From Felis catus (Eukaryota): 64,000 bases of DNA. Positions 35,891 to 48,875 of this stretch are shown here, in pieces. Below the pieces are notes generated by a model. The model was not told the DNA's origin, ran no database searches, and worked only from the letters and a program-made list of their open reading frames with translations. The position numbers were made by a program, and so were the translations under genes. Location: assembly GCF_018350175.1 (NCBI RefSeq), contig NC_058369.1, positions 124,001-188,000 on the forward strand. The letters are read 5' to 3'. The stretch's first letter is position 1. Each line of letters begins with the position of its first letter.

Positions 35891-37799
35891 CTCCCACGGT
35901 AAGTGACCGGCCCCATGGCACAACCAGGAAAAGGCAGGGCTGACCTCGAAGCCAGTTCTATTGCATCCAGAGCACACTGGCCTTGAGGCCTCTGTCTTAG
36001 GACTCCATTTCCCTCTACCCTTGAGGGGCCACATTCTCTCCTGTCCGTCCTTTTATTCCACTCCTGCAGTCCCTGCCTCCTGAGATCACGTCTTCCTTCT
36101 CAACCGGCGTGATTGCAGCAAAATGCCATTGTATACCTCTCCATAACATCTTCGACGCCCATGCTAAGAGTTTTCCAAATATCATCTCATGTAACTCATT
36201 TTACAGATAGAGAAACTGAGACCTGGCTTAGCATCCCAGGGCCATTTCCAAGGCCAGAGCGGAACTTAGGTTTGAATGCAGGGCGCTCCTGTGGCACGTG
36301 ATGGGAGGCCCACATCAAACTGGCTTCATAAGAACGAAAGTAATTTATCAGCTTGCACCTCTGGAGCATTCAGAGGTCAGCATGGCTGCATCCGGGAGCA
36401 CACACAGGGTCATCAGGATCCCCGAGTGCCACCTTTGTTCGTAGGGCTTGTGGTGATAAGACGGTCCCCTAACCTCAGGCCAGGTCCCCACTCAGTCACC
36501 CCAGCCCAGTGTTCTCAGAAAAAGTCCCAGAGCTGCATCTCATTAGATGGTTAGCCACATGCTGTTCCTGAAGCAACCAGTGCAGCCAGGGGCTTGGAAC
36601 GCTCTGATTGGGTGACCCATCCCTGCAGCCAGGGTTTGGGGGGTCAGTCCAATTTGAACCTTACAGACTAAGAATGAGAAGCCCCTAAAGGAAAATGAAG
36701 GTGCTGTGGACACCCCAGATGACCAGCACTCCAGGATATTTCAGAGCCCAAGGAGCAGGCTTTCCTGGGGGATGAGGCCCCATGTGGCACCTGCTGGAGC
36801 GGCCATAAACTTGGTACCTCCCTTTACCTCTCCAAGGCCACCCCGCCCACCCAACACTTTGTGGGGCTGTGGGGATTACATAGGGAGATCCTGGGAAGCC
36901 TCTCTGGAAGAATCACGATTAGCTCTCACGACCATTTATCTGTAAGCTACCACACGCCAACGCCAACACTGCTGCTATAGGCAGAGAATGAGCGTCAGAG
37001 TGCACTTGGCACAGGGTACACAGTCCTTTTACAGCTGAGGGGCCCACTCCACGCGCCTCAAAGGAGGGCAGAGGTTCTGAGACTCGAAGCCCAGAGCCCC
37101 CTTTATGGATGAGACAGTCAAAGCCCCAGGCTTGGGTCAGCCATCTGAAGCTCAGCTCTGCCCGGGGTTCCTTCTCAGAGTACCCTGACTCTCTCCCCTG
37201 TGGAGATGTTGCTCACCTTGCCCCAGACAGGTTTACACCTGCCTGTCCTCAGCTGGGACACCTGGAGGAGGGCCGAGCCCAAGGTGTTGCAGCTATTGGC
37301 TGCCCCTGACACCTGCCAACAAGGCTACAGGCACATCCCAGGGGGGGACCACAGCAGGGGCCACTGGCCCAACGCCCACTCTCATGGGGAGCGGTCACCC
37401 TGAGGTTGTGCAGGATGTTGGCCTGGGCACCACGTCTGACTCTCATGCCCAAGTGTCCCAGCAAGGCTTGTGTGTCTAGGCCTCGGACCAGCCAGATCTG
37501 AGCTCAGCCACAGTCGGAAGGACAAGCTGGGGTGGAAGGTCAGTCTACGATTCGGGCACAAGCAGGGCTCAGCCGAGGGTGGGACTCAGGCGGGGGGTTC
37601 GACCAGGCTGGGTGCTGAATCAACACTGCCGAATGAAACCCGAAAGCGGAGGTGCACTGATCTCCCCAGCTTCCCTGGGGAGCAGTGTCTTGCCCATCTC
37701 TGGATTCCAGTTCGTCGGACCGAATTGAGCAGGGAGGTCACTCCTCACCTCTGCCTCGAGAAACTGAGGCACCGCCCAACGAGGACCGGGTCTGCGGAC

Positions 37800-38950
37800 C
37801 CCAGACACTGCCTCACCCCACCCTCCCGCCTACCCACTGCCGGCCGGGCCGCCCTTTCCGCTCGCTCAGAACCGCCGGAGAAGGGAATCCGCCTCCGTCC
37901 TCCCTTCCCGGGCCAAAGGACCCCGCCCCGGCCCGCCCCCGGCCCCACCCCGTGCTGGGACGTCATAAAAAAGACCCCAAAAGCTCAGCGGCCCGTGCCG
38001 GGACGACGCAGCCCAACCCTGCCCGCCTCCTCGCGCACAGGCGTCCTGGATGCTAGTCCGAGAGGGGGGCGGCGGCGGCCTCCCGGGGGTCGAAAGCTCC
38101 AAGGCGCCTGCGCGCTCGGCCCCCTCCCTCCCTCCCTCCCTCCCCGCGGTTGCGCCTGCGCGCTCGGCGGGCCGGGGGCGGGGACTCCATTTCCCGGCGT
38201 GCCCCGCGGGCGGGCGCGCAGGTGCGGTCCGGGCCCGGCCGCCGCGCGCAGGCGCAGTCGAGGGGAGGGGGGGGGGGCCGGCGGCGGCGCGCAGGCGCAG
38301 CGTGGGGCGGGGCGCGCGGGTCAGGCCGAGGCGAGCGCCGGGCGGGCGGCGGTGCCAGAGCGAGTGGAGCGCTCAGGGGCCCCGAGCGGCGGCGGCGGCG
38401 GCGGCGGCGGTGGCGTAGAAGAGGAAGGCGGCGGCGGCGGCCCCAGCCCCGGCGCCTCCCCGGCCGGCGCGCGGCCCGGCCCGTCCCGTGCCTCCGCGGC
38501 GGCCCCACGGCCCAGCGCGCCCCCGACCCCGGGCCCCGCCGCCGCCGCCGCCGCCATGGCCCGGCCGCTGGTGCCCAGCTCGCAGAAGGCTCTGCTGCTC
38601 GAGCTCAAGGGGCTGCAGGAGGAGCCGGTGGAGGGCTTCCGGGTGACCCTGGTGGACGAGGGCGACCTGTACAACTGGGAGGTGGCCATCTTCGGGCCCC
38701 CCAACACCTACTACGAGGGCGGCTACTTCAAGGTGAGCCCGCGGCTCGCAGTCCCGGTTCCCACCCGACCTCTGTGCCCGCGGCGGTCCCCGTCTCCCTC
38801 GGTCTAGCTAGTGGTTCTCTCGGCCACCCCTTCCGTCCCTGGAAGCAGCTCCAGGCCCCCGCCTTCCCGGCCGGTCTGCCGGATCCCCGGAGAGAGGGCT
38901 CGGGGCGCTCCCTGTTTGTTTGGGTGTGGGGCTCGTGCTTACCTCAGCCT
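37800..38950 (+). promoter_or_regulatory. CDC34: CDC34 CpG island/promoter
   Basis: Very CpG-dense; NRF1-like GCGCCTGCGC/GCGCAGGCGC motifs, GC boxes, (GGC)n 5'UTR tract. Confidence 0.85.
38556..38732 (+). CDS. CDC34: CDC34 (UBE2R1) exon 1
   Basis: Kozak gccgccATGG; MARPLVPSSQKALLLELKGLQEEPVEGFRVTLVDEGDLYNWEVAIFGPPNTYYEGGYFK; donor AAG|GTGAG; 177 nt. Confidence 0.97.
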
Positions 38951-41538
38951 CTGGCGGACCCGGGCCCTCAGCTGCCTTCCCCGCCCCCTGCCCGGAGGAG
39001 ACAAAGAGCCTCCCCAGACCTAGCAAGCTCTATTGTTGGGGAGCACGGGGCTGGGGAAGGGAGGGAGGGAGGCCAGACTGGGGGGGCTGCTCCGCCACTT
39101 GTTTGGGTTCCAACAAAGGCTCAGATGGGGCCTTGCCAGCTGGGGCCTGCTTGGAAAGCAGCCACTCTTCCCGATAGCAGCCGGCCAGGCCCACTTGGCT
39201 TCCTCTAGAGCTTTATGTAAGTTGTTCTCTAGGGAACGTTGAGGCAAGACTGTGGCATCACTGCCACTCTCCACTTTGTCCCTGGGAGCCACACCTCAGA
39301 GAGCAACCCCACGGACCCAGGACCCGGGACCCTGGCCTCAAACCTGGGGCCCCTCTCTTGCCGCAACTTGCTTTTCTCGGGTTTCGCCGAGCAGGTGTCC
39401 TTTTGGGGCTCAAATCTCACGTCTGGGTCGTTTTCTCTGTCCCCTGTGATAGTTTCATCCCGGGCAGTTCTTTTCTGGGAGCAGGGAGGGGGTGCTGGCC
39501 CTGGCACTGGCTGTGTTTCGCGCTAGTGGGACAGAAGATCTGAGCCAGAACCCAGGCAGCTTTCTTGATCTCACCATTTGAGCCCCCACGTGGCCTTGGA
39601 GGGACCCTTGTCAGATTGTAGGGCTTTGCTCTTTGAGCCAGAGGGATGGGGCCAGGGGTCTGCCTGCATGAGAGGTGGGGAAAGGGCCCTCAGCCTGGGA
39701 ACACCCTCCCCCAGCCCTGCCAGGTTGGAGGGGGGGTGGCGGGCAGAAACCACAGCTAGGCCAGGCTGTGGGGGAGGGGCGGGTGATACTCCCAGGACAG
39801 ATGTCTGCGTTTGCACTTTTGGCTCCTGTTTTAGCTGAGCCTGCTCAGTGGCTGTGAGGGAGCAGCCTGGTCTGCTGGGGGTGAGTCCTGAGTTGAGATT
39901 CCCCTGGTGTTGGGGTGGGATGGGGGGAGGACTGTGGACCACTCCCGCCTGAGTTGTGCATCAGCAATCCGGCCTCTTGCACGCGGGGACTGGATTTGGG
40001 GTTGATCACCTAATGGTCCAACTAGATCCCTCCCCCAGCCTCCTTTGTGTGCTTCAGGCTGGAGGGGTGGGAGCTCCATTCAGAGCCGGAGGTGGAGTCC
40101 CACCCTGAGGCAACAGCGAGACTAAGAGACTAAGTGAGCTCACAGATCTGGAAGGAAAGGATGTGGGCTTCTGACTCTTGCTCACTAACTGGTTGCAGGG
40201 GATCCTCCACACTAGGGTTGGGGGAATTGTCTCGTCTTTCTGGAGAAGAATGGACTGGGGGTGGGGCCCTGCCAGATTCGAACACATCTGCCATAGGTTG
40301 TGTTGTGTTGTGTCCTCAGAGAAGCCGGCGGGGGACCCGGGGTGGTTTTGGCACCCACCCTGATCCTCCTGTCGAGGCGTGACTGGGTGGGGAGACCCTC
40401 TGCAGCAGGTGTGGAACAGCCAGACTGGGAAGTGCCTGGCGGCCACCGCCGCTTCCCAGCCACTTCCTGCGGCGCCTTCCTTGTCCTTCATGGGCCATGG
40501 TGAGCATTTGGGCAACGCAGTGTACTCAAGGGGGTGCCAGAGAGACGCGGTTCAACAACCTCCTCCCAGCTTGCTTGCTGTGTGTCCTTGGGCAAGGTAC
40601 TTTCCTTCTCTGAGCCTCAGTTTGCTCAGTAGTGAAGGCATCTCTGGGGACGCTTGAGACAAGATGAGGTGGGACTTGCTGGGTGTTTGAGAACAGCTGT
40701 CCTCGGGGCCATCGCTTAGAAACCTGTAGGGCAGGTTCTGAGCTCCAGGTTTGCTCTGCAGTCACCAGTAAGTTACCTGCCTCCCAGGCCTCAGCACAAT
40801 CACCCAGGAACAGAGGGACTTCTAAATGCCCCTGTGCCCCTGCCCAGGAGGGTGACTCTCCAGAGATGGGCCTGGGAAGCTCCAGCAGAGGAGCCCAGCT
40901 TTGGCTCCCAGCACACTGGCTCGCCCGGGAGAGCCTGGAGCACCACCAGGACCCTAGGCCAGACATCCCCATGTCTGGGACTGGGGCTCAAGCCGCAAAC
41001 GAAGCTCCTTCACCTGCTGAGGCCTCGGCAGGCAGCCCTCCCCAGTCTGCCCCAGGACCTTCCTGTCTGCCTTCCTGGCCCCCCAGGATGGATGCTTGTG
41101 GGCAGAGAGCCCATCCGTCCAGCGCTGACTCATCTCCTCCCACAGAGCCCAGCCCACAGAGGTGTCGGGAATGATTGCCGAGTGAACACACATCTATTTT
41201 TAACCTTCCCCACAGCCTGGAAACTGAGGCCTAGGAGTCGCCGCCATGCTGGGGGTGCACAGCTCCCTGGGGCCTGGCTCCTGGCCCCTCCCACGGGCCT
41301 GGGCCAAGAATGGCCTTGGAGTTGGCCTTCAGCAGCAGGAGGGGGGCCAGGGTCTGCTCAGGCCACCCCAAAGAGTCCGGGGGGGGGGGTCTGTGAGGGG
41401 TGACCAGCAGGGTCCAGGCAGTCCTCCTGCAACAGGGGGGTCTGTCCTGGCCAGTGTCCTTGTTTGTGTGTTCGTGGGCACAGTCCCTGAGCAGTGGCCA
41501 GCACTGGCTGAGCTTTTCTGCTCTCTGCCCCTCCCCAG

Positions 41539-41625
41539 GCACGCCTCAAGTTCCCTATCGACTACCCCTACTCCCCGCCAGCCTTCCGGTTCCTGACCAA
41601 GATGTGGCATCCCAACATCTACGAG
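41539..41625 (+). CDS. CDC34: CDC34 exon 2
   Basis: ARLKFPIDYPYSPPAFRFLTKMWHPNIYE; 87 nt, canonical sites. Confidence 0.97.
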
Positions 41626-41733
41626 GTGAGCCCACCGGGCAGGCCCCTCCCGGCTCCCCTGTAGTGGGGAGGGCACTGCGCTGCCTGGTGGCAGTGCTGT
41701 GGGCGCTGACCCCTCTCTCCTGTCCTCACACAG

Positions 41734-41831
41734 ACGGGGGATGTGTGCATCTCCATTCTCCACCCCCCAGTTGATGATCCCCAGAGTGGGGAGCTGCCCT
41801 CAGAGCGCTGGAACCCTACGCAGAACGTCAG
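41734..41831 (+). CDS. CDC34: CDC34 exon 3 (catalytic Cys and acidic loop)
   Basis: TGDVCISILHPPVDDPQSGELPSERWNPTQNV-R; 98 nt. Confidence 0.97.
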
Positions 41832-42613
41832 GTGAGGCTGGGCCAGACCCTGCGGGAGGGACTGGTCAGCACGTGGACCCCTGGCCCCCACAGCATTCCT
41901 AACCTTGCTGCTTCGGGGCCTCTTCAGGGCCATGACTTGCCAGAGTACCGTGGCATCTGTCCAAACTGGCCTCCCACCAGGATACTGGGGGCCCCAAAGA
42001 CCCCAGGACCAATTCTGCTAGCCTCTCATTTCTTGGTGCCCCCTGCCCCATCCACCATGAGGAACAGCCTCTGGGAGTCTCGGGTCTGTGTCTTCCCTCC
42101 CATGGCCCCTCTGCCTGCCCCTGGGATCTCCCCTCCGTCTCAGGGCTGAGCTGCTCATCCTGAGTGGGCTAGCCTCCCTGCCTCGCAGCCTGCACGTCTT
42201 TAGTCCAGCCCGAACTATTGTAGAAGTTGGTGGCACAGAGGGACCTGTTTGCCCGCAGGATGCCTCGGGGATAGGGACATGTGGGACAAAGGTGGTCCTG
42301 GCTTCAGCTGCTCCCACGTCATGTCGTCCTGGGAGCTGGGCGGGCAGGTGGATGGACGGGGGGGGGGGGGGGGGGGGGGGTCGGACCCTGCTGTTCTTGG
42401 GGCCTGAGACAAAAAGGGACGACGAGAAGTCCAGTCAGATGTCATCTGCAGGGTTGGGAGGCTGTGAGGGTCCCCAGGCAGGTGCTGGCTTCAGTGTGTC
42501 CGGAAGCTCCCCAGTGACGCTTGGGCCTGGGCGTAGCCTGAGAGCCCAGCTCCTAGGTGGGTGGCGTGGGCCAAAAACGCCCTGCACCTGTTGACTCCCT
42601 ACTTCCCCCCCAG

Positions 42614-42748
42614 GACCATCCTGCTGAGCGTCATCTCCCTCCTCAACGAACCTAACACCTTCTCGCCGGCGAACGTGGATGCCTCTGTGATGTACAGGAA
42701 GTGGAAAGAGAGCAAAGGCAAGGACCGGGAGTACACGGACATCATCAG
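42614..42748 (+). CDS. CDC34: CDC34 exon 4
   Basis: [45 protein letters not shown]; 135 nt. Confidence 0.97.
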
Positions 42749-43929
42749 GTGAGGAGGGCTTCTGTGCAGGCCCACACACCTCCAGCTTGCTCATGGCCAG
42801 CAGTCCCAGTAGGGACTTGCAGCCCTGGGGAGGAGCCAGCCAGCCTGAAGCCTACACCTTGGTTCTTCTGCTGGTCTCCTTGCCCTCAACCTTGCCCCCC
42901 TTTTTTTTTTTTTAAAGAAAATGGGTGTCCTCTTTCTCTGTCGCACGGTGAGGTGCCCCAGTGTGTGTCGCAGATGTGTAGCTTAATGCCTGTGAGATGT
43001 GTAACACGGTGTGTGCGTTCAGAGCACCTGTGGTGCACGTGTGTCGTGCACAGACCTGGTGGCACATACATACAGAAGCCCCTGAGTGGTGACCGCCAGG
43101 CTTTAACAAGGGTTCGCCGCGGTTTCTTTGCTTTGTAACTAAAATAGCAGAGACTCTCCCGGTCTTCCGTCATGCCCCCGCCCCTCTCTCCTCCCTCCTG
43201 GGGAGCCTCTCCCCTCCCTCCTGGGGAGCCTCTCGCAAGCATTGCGGGGCCTCCTGTCTGCATTTTGGCCCCTGACGCCTATCTATAAACGCTCCGGGAC
43301 CACGGTCCTTCAGGTACCTGCTCCTGACATCAACTCTGTTTTCCTACTTTCTTTTGGGGGGGAACATACGTTTTGTGTACTACTGAGGCCTGGTTTATGT
43401 CACGTTGTATCTTTTCTGCTCAGTGGTTTCTTGCTGTGAACATCATTGACATTTGTAATTTTGAAGCTTGGAATCATTTCCTAAAGGCAGAAAATGATCA
43501 TGATACTAGCGCATTTAGAAAATTGCTATCTTTTCTAGAAAATAAGTTTTGTCTGGTTAGGAAAGCGATGCATCACTTGGGGATTGGCCAGGACTAATCC
43601 TCCACCTGGCGGGTGGTCATTTCCAGTGCTCTCCCCTTCTGAATAAACAGGTGAGCACCCTTGGAAAGGGAACTTTGCACAGGATGGACACTCAGCGGGC
43701 AGGTGCGGGACCAGGGTGGGAACCTGGTCTAAGGCCCTGGGTGTACACGCTGTCCACTTAGGGCCTAGAGCTGCTTGTGCTTGACCCCCTTTTCTCTCTC
43801 CCTGGATTTGTGTGAGCTGCTCTGTGTCTGTTGTCCATTGTTACTTTTTAATGCGGGTTTATTGACTCATTTCAGGACAGACTTAACCCTTTGTTAGGTT
43901 TTTCCTAGATACCCTTTCAGTTTGTCATT

Positions 43930-44035
43930 TTTTAAGTTTTATTTAGGTAATCTCTACTCCCAACGTGGGGCTCGAACTCATGACCCCAAGATCAAACATG
44001 CTTTTCCGACCCTGCCAGTCAGGCACCACACCCCC
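43930..44035 (-). mobile_element. Short CanSINE (antisense) in CDC34 intron 4
   Basis: tttttaagttttatttaggtaatctctactcccaacgtggggctcgaactcatgacc. Confidence 0.8.
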
Positions 44036-44044
44036 CCATCATTT

Positions 44045-44940
44045 ACCTTTTAATTAAAGAAAATGGGTAAGTCACATGCACACCTACATTAGGACCCAGC
44101 CACTTGAGGTCTGAGTATTTACCCAAGAGAAACGGGGCGCTTGTCCACACCGGTACGCACACGAATGTTCAGAACAGTCTCGATTTGCCAAAGCTGTCAA
44201 CGGCCCAGGCGTACAGCCGCAGGCAAGGAGGGAGCAGGCCGGGGCCTGTCCACGTAGCCTCAGAAAGCACGTTGGTGTCTGTCAGAGAGGCAGAATGTAA
44301 AAGACACAGCAGAACCTCCGGGGGTGAGGGGTATGTTTGCGACCTCGCTTGTGGGGCAGCGTCTCAGGACATATGTGGGTCAAAACTCACCGCCATGCAC
44401 TTTAAGTTGCCACAGTTCACACAGACGAAGCCCCAGAAACAACTGTGTGCTGAGAAGGCAACGTGTTTGTGATAGAGAAACACACACATCCTGAGAGAAA
44501 CGAAAAGGAAGCCCCGTAACACTAACACCTGACAGTTTCTGTGTAGCCTTCCAGACACCCACGTCCACCACCACCCTGCCCTGGCAGCCGCTGATATGCG
44601 TGCTAGAAACGTGGAGAACCGCGCCGTGCACGCGCACGGGCCTCACACGCTGTTCCGCATCGTGTGCCAGAGCTCTTTGCCGCCTCGTGCTTCACGCTGG
44701 AGAGACGCGGGTGTCAGGGGTCTACAGCCCGTAGCTGCAGGCCGTTTCTGTTGGTTTTGGTTCTCTTTCCTCTGAGTAAAATTGTGCCGGTTTTCTTCCG
44801 TAGACCTGGCCCGTTTTTTGCTGCTTCCGTGGTATTTTACGTGAGCAGAATTTTCTGAACGATTTCTGCGGTGTTGCACGTGTGACCTGAGTGCATCAGA
44901 GCCCCCCCAAGCCACACACGCGGCCCCAGGGTGACCCATG
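44045..44940. mobile_element. Old L1 (L1M) 3' fragments in CDC34 intron 4, GC-shifted
   Basis: gacccagccacttgaggtctgagtatttacccaagagaaac...gtccacac...cgaatgttc matches the L1M ORF2 end/3'UTR pattern. Confidence 0.6.
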
Positions 44941-45861
44941 CGCATGTAGGGCAGCCCTTCCCCCGTTTGTTTGTCCCCCGTTGTCGTCCCAGGATAGCTG
45001 TCCCCCGATGCCGGGCGGGGTCACAGCCTTGGGTCTGTGGAAGTGAGGAGGCGCTGAGCGGGGTGTCTGCCACGAGTGATGCCGGGTGCTCTGCAGGCCT
45101 CCCGGTGCTGCTGCGCGGGACCCTCGTGGGGTCTCGGGGCGAGGGCGCTCGGCTCGGCTCCGTGGCGGGGGGTCCTGCCCACATGGCCTGTTCTTCGCCC
45201 CAGTTTTTCCCAGCACCTCCCACGTGGTGCCAAAATTAAAACCAGACTGTTTTTATCCCTGAAGACTCCCCGTGGGCTGGCTCACATGCGCCCACGTGAG
45301 CAAGGCTGTGACGGGCGCTTCTGCCCGCCTGTCCCCCCGCCCCCGCCAAGTGTGTTCCCCGCACAACGGGGGCAGAGCCGGCTGACTTGGAGGGCCCCCC
45401 CCCCCAGTGGGGTGATGCTGCAGGGTGTCCGTCTGGGGTGTCATCTGTGCTGGGACGTGGGCTCTCGGTGTCCACCCTGCCACAGCTCATGGGGGTGCCA
45501 CGCCGAGTCCCCAGGAGAGCTGTCTGCTCTGTCCTGGGCGTGACCCATGGCGTCTGTCACCTCCTGGGCCCGCGTTCCCTTGTCCCCATTTCCCCCTGGC
45601 GTTGGCCCTCTTCATCCGCTCCGCCCCTGTCCAGCCGGCACAGGCAGCTGGAGATCTGGTCCAGCCCCGGTCCCGTCGCCCCTGGTGGCTGATGTCTGCC
45701 GGCTTGAACCGCAGTAGTGGCTTCACCCTCCCACGGGGTGCCGCCGGTCTCCATGATTCCTCTCTGGTGGCTCAAGGGGCCCTCCCCTGTGGCGTCTGTG
45801 CTCCTGCCTGCAGGGCCCCGAGGAGACAGAGCGGTGACCTGTGGGCCCGTGTCTCCCGCAG

Positions 45862-46075
45862 GAAGCAGGTCCTGGGGACCAAGGTGGACGCAGAGCGGGA
45901 CGGCGTGAAGGTGCCCACCACGCTGGCTGAGTACTGTGTGAAGACCAAGGCGCCAGCGCCCGACGAGGGCTCAGACCTCTTCTACGACGACTACTACGAG
46001 GACGGCGAGCCCGAGGCTGAGGCCGACAGCTGCTTTGGGGACGACGAGGACGACTCCGGCAACGAGGAGTCCTGA
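45862..46075 (+). CDS. CDC34: CDC34 exon 5 (acidic tail, stop)
   Basis: KQVLGTKVDAERDGVKVPTTLAEYCVKTKAPAPDEGSDLFYDDYYED...DSGNEES*; spliced CDS 711 nt = 236 aa. Confidence 0.97.
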
Positions 46076-46090
46076 CAGGGCGACCCCAAG

Positions 46091-46096
46091 AATAAA
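46091..46096 (+). terminator. CDC34: CDC34 proximal polyadenylation signal
   Basis: AATAAA 16 nt after the stop codon. Confidence 0.5.
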
Positions 46097-46398
46097 CGTA
46101 CAGATTTTACCTCAGCAGCCCCGGACTGTGTGGCGAGACTGCCCCATGGGAGGGGTGCTGCCCGGCCCCCTGGGTGGTCTCCTCCCGGGCGTCGCCCTCC
46201 CTTCCCGCGCGTGTGTCCCGGGTCCCTTGCAGCCCGCCAGGTGGGGCGGGCCTGGGCGGCGGTGGCCTGAGGGACGCAGACCCGCCCGTGTGCGTGTTCA
46301 GCTCCTGCTGGCTGAGCCAGAGACTTGGGCCTGCGGCTCGCGCTGACGGATTCACTTGTGGTCACCTCTTCTCTCTGCTTTGGTTTGTTTGGAATCTA

Positions 46399-46404
46399 AA
46401 TAAA
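46399..46404 (+). terminator. CDC34: CDC34 distal polyadenylation signal
   Basis: AATAAA after a U-rich upstream element (tttggtttgtttgg). Confidence 0.75.
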
Positions 46405-47636
46405 ACGACTTTATGAGAAGCTACAGAACCAACTGTCCTTGGCCTTCCCGAAGGACCGCAGAGAGCGGTGGGCCACCAGGTGCCCCTTCGGGCCAGGTCA
46501 CGGCCCCAGATTCTTGGGGCCAGCTGGTCTGCTGGCGGGGCCGGCCATCAGGCCCCAGGCGGCCCCTCTGTGGCCGCAGCACCCCCAAGGAGTCCTGTGT
46601 GCTGGTGTCACCCAGGCCCGGTGGCTTCATTTCAGTGTAACTGTTAAGTCCAGAGTGGCCTGGGCTCAGGGTCAGATGGCATCAGGACTGAGGTCCCCCC
46701 TTGGGTCAGACGAGCACACGCCCAGCCTGACCAGTCACTGCGCCTGGGGCTCAGACAACCCCACACAGGTGGGGGACGGGCCAGAGGGGCAGGTACATCC
46801 AGGGTGCACACAGATCCCCACGGCGGCCTGCACACGCCTTTCCCGGTTTGCCCTCGCGGTCTGGTGGTGTTTTAACCTGAATGATGTTTCTCCATTAAAA
46901 CGTGGAAGGTTTCACTCTTCATCTCTGGCTTTTCTTAAACCCGGAGGGAAGTGCAGGGTGGGGAGGGGCCCCTCTGGACTCAAGCGGTGTTCTCGGCGGG
47001 ACTGTGGCGGCCACACCTGTTCCCGCTCCTCCTGCACCTAGTTTGGGCCTCTGAGCTCTGTGGTGTATCACCAGCGACCCAGCCTCCGGAGTGGGAGCCT
47101 GGGCGTGTGACCCTCGCCCGTGTGCTGAGCAGGTACAGGCAGGGCCAGGCCAGTGGCTCATGTTTATAACCTCCACAGGGCGCCGAGGCCAGGCTGGGCA
47201 CTCCCTTCACCTCAGCCTAGAGGCATTTCCGGGGGGCGGTGTGGGGGGCTGGCAGCCTGCACGAGAAGACCTTGGTGGGTGGAGGTCTGGAAGCGGACGG
47301 CACGGTGGGGTGGCCCGTCCCCGCCCCACCCCGTCCGGGTGTCCTCACGGCACGGCGGCACGGGCTCCGGCGGGAGGACCCCGGGAGCAAGGCCGCTTCA
47401 CCACTCGGGGGTCACACGCACCACTTCTGCACAGGGCTGGACACGGGCGTGCACCCACCCAGACCCGAGGGGAGGGGCGCGGACCCCACGTCTCCATGGG
47501 AATCGTGTTCCCTTCAGGCCGTCCCCCACACAACTGCCAAGGAAGCTTCTGCACAGAGATCTGACTGATACCTGAGGCCTTGGGGTTCACATCCCATAAC
47601 CTATCTGCAAAACAGAGATCATAATTAGGGTTGCCC

Positions 47637-47808
47637 GGGGGCGCCTGGTGGCTCAGACATCCCGACTTCAGCCCTGGCCACGATCTCACGGTTCATGAAT
47701 TTGAGCCCCACGTTGGGCTCTGTGCTGACAGCTCAGAGCCTGCTGAGAATTCTCTCTCACGCTCTCTGCCGCTCTCTCACTGTCTCTTTCTGAAAAATAA
47801 ACCTTAAA
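47637..47808 (+). mobile_element. CanSINE with a 16-bp TSD
   Basis: ATAATTAGGGTTGCCC at 47621-47636 and 47809-47824. Confidence 0.9.
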
Positions 47809-47967
47809 ATAATTAGGGTTGCCCAGTTAAATATAAATTTCAGATAAATCATTCTTACTGTATATATGTGTATATATAATATGGTGGGTATATATCCTGT
47901 GCAGTGTTTGGGACATGTTTAGAAAGTATTTGTTGTTTATCTGAAATTCCAAGAACTCTCTATTTTT

Positions 47968-48215
47968 ATTTATTTTTATTTTATTATTTTATTTTTTTTT
48001 TTATTTTTTTTTCAACGTTTATTTATTTTTGGGACAGAGAGAGACAGAGCATGAACGGGGGAGGGGCAGAGAGAGAGGGAGACACAGAATCGGAAGCAGG
48101 CTCCAGGCTCCGAGCCATCAGCCCAGAGCCTGACGCGGGGCTCGAACTCACGGACCGTGAGATCGTGACCTGGCTGAAGTCGGACGCTTAACCGACTGCG
48201 CCACCCAGGCGCCCC
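47968..48215 (-). mobile_element. Young SINEC_Fc-type insertion with an about 17-bp TSD
   Basis: AAGAACTCTCTATTTTT at 47951-47967 and 48216-48232; body near-identical to the copy at 14008. Confidence 0.95.
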
Positions 48216-48489
48216 AAGAACTCTCTATTTTTTAGTTATTCAATTTGACCGTCCGGATACTAATGGAGCCTACTTCCTGGGGGTGGTTATGGCTAAACTA
48301 GACAGGACATGTGAACACATGCTATAAATACTGATTTTTCTTGAACTCATCCCTGGCCTGACACACCCGACTGGGTGAGGACAGGATGCCACCAAATGGG
48401 CGGTAATGGTTTCCAGAGTCTCTGCACCTGGGTGAATTCATCTGCCTGTTGTGATCAGTTGTTTTGGCCACCTCTCCTTTATAATGACC

Positions 48490-48875
48490 CCTTCGGTAGC
48501 AGGACAAAATGCCCAACTCAAACTGACTTAAACAGAAAGGAATTTAATTGGCTTCTGTGAGTGACAAGGCCAGGGATTTCAGGCATAGCCTGATCAAGGC
48601 ACTGGTTCTGTGCAGTCTCTCCCCAGACCTGTGGTCACCAGAATAACAGCTCCAGAGATGTCCGTGCCCTGATCCCGCAACCTGAGAGCCAGAGAGCTCT
48701 CTGAGAGCCAGAGCACGCAGGGGTGCAGGTCTCCCCTGGAGCCTTCACGGGAGCCAGCACTGCCCACACCCGGACGTTAGCCCCGTGAGGCCCGTTTCCT
48801 ACTTCTGGCCCCATAGCTGTTAAAGAATAAGCTTGTGTGGCTTCAGGCCCTGGATGTGTGGTAATCCGTTAATCC
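48490..48875. mobile_element. MLT1-like LTR fragments
   Basis: ccaactcaaactgacttaaacagaaaggaatttaattggct; tgtggtcaccagaataacagctccagagatgtcc...agaataagcttgtgtggcttcaggcc. Confidence 0.6.

Larger units (their letters stand above)
47620..48250. mobile_element. MER53-like palindromic MITE, interrupted by two SINEs
   Basis: agggttgcccagttaaatataaatttcagataaa ... ttgttgtttatctgaaattcc internal inverted repeat. Confidence 0.6.

Noticed and set aside
37470-38807. 445-aa ORF and overlapping 352-aa ORF (38150-39208) as novel genes
   Set aside because: The first is the CDC34 frame extended through the stop-poor CpG island and into intron 1; the second is a low-complexity Arg/Gly shadow frame
42358-42380. 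Long poly-G runs (also 31126-31141) as G-quadruplex elements
   Set aside because: Homopolymer lengths are unreliable in this gapped assembly and cannot be interpreted without reads
45425-46075. 216-aa ORF as a longer CDC34 last exon
   Set aside because: The canonical acceptor at 45861 gives the expected 236-aa protein; the upstream part is intronic GC-rich sequence
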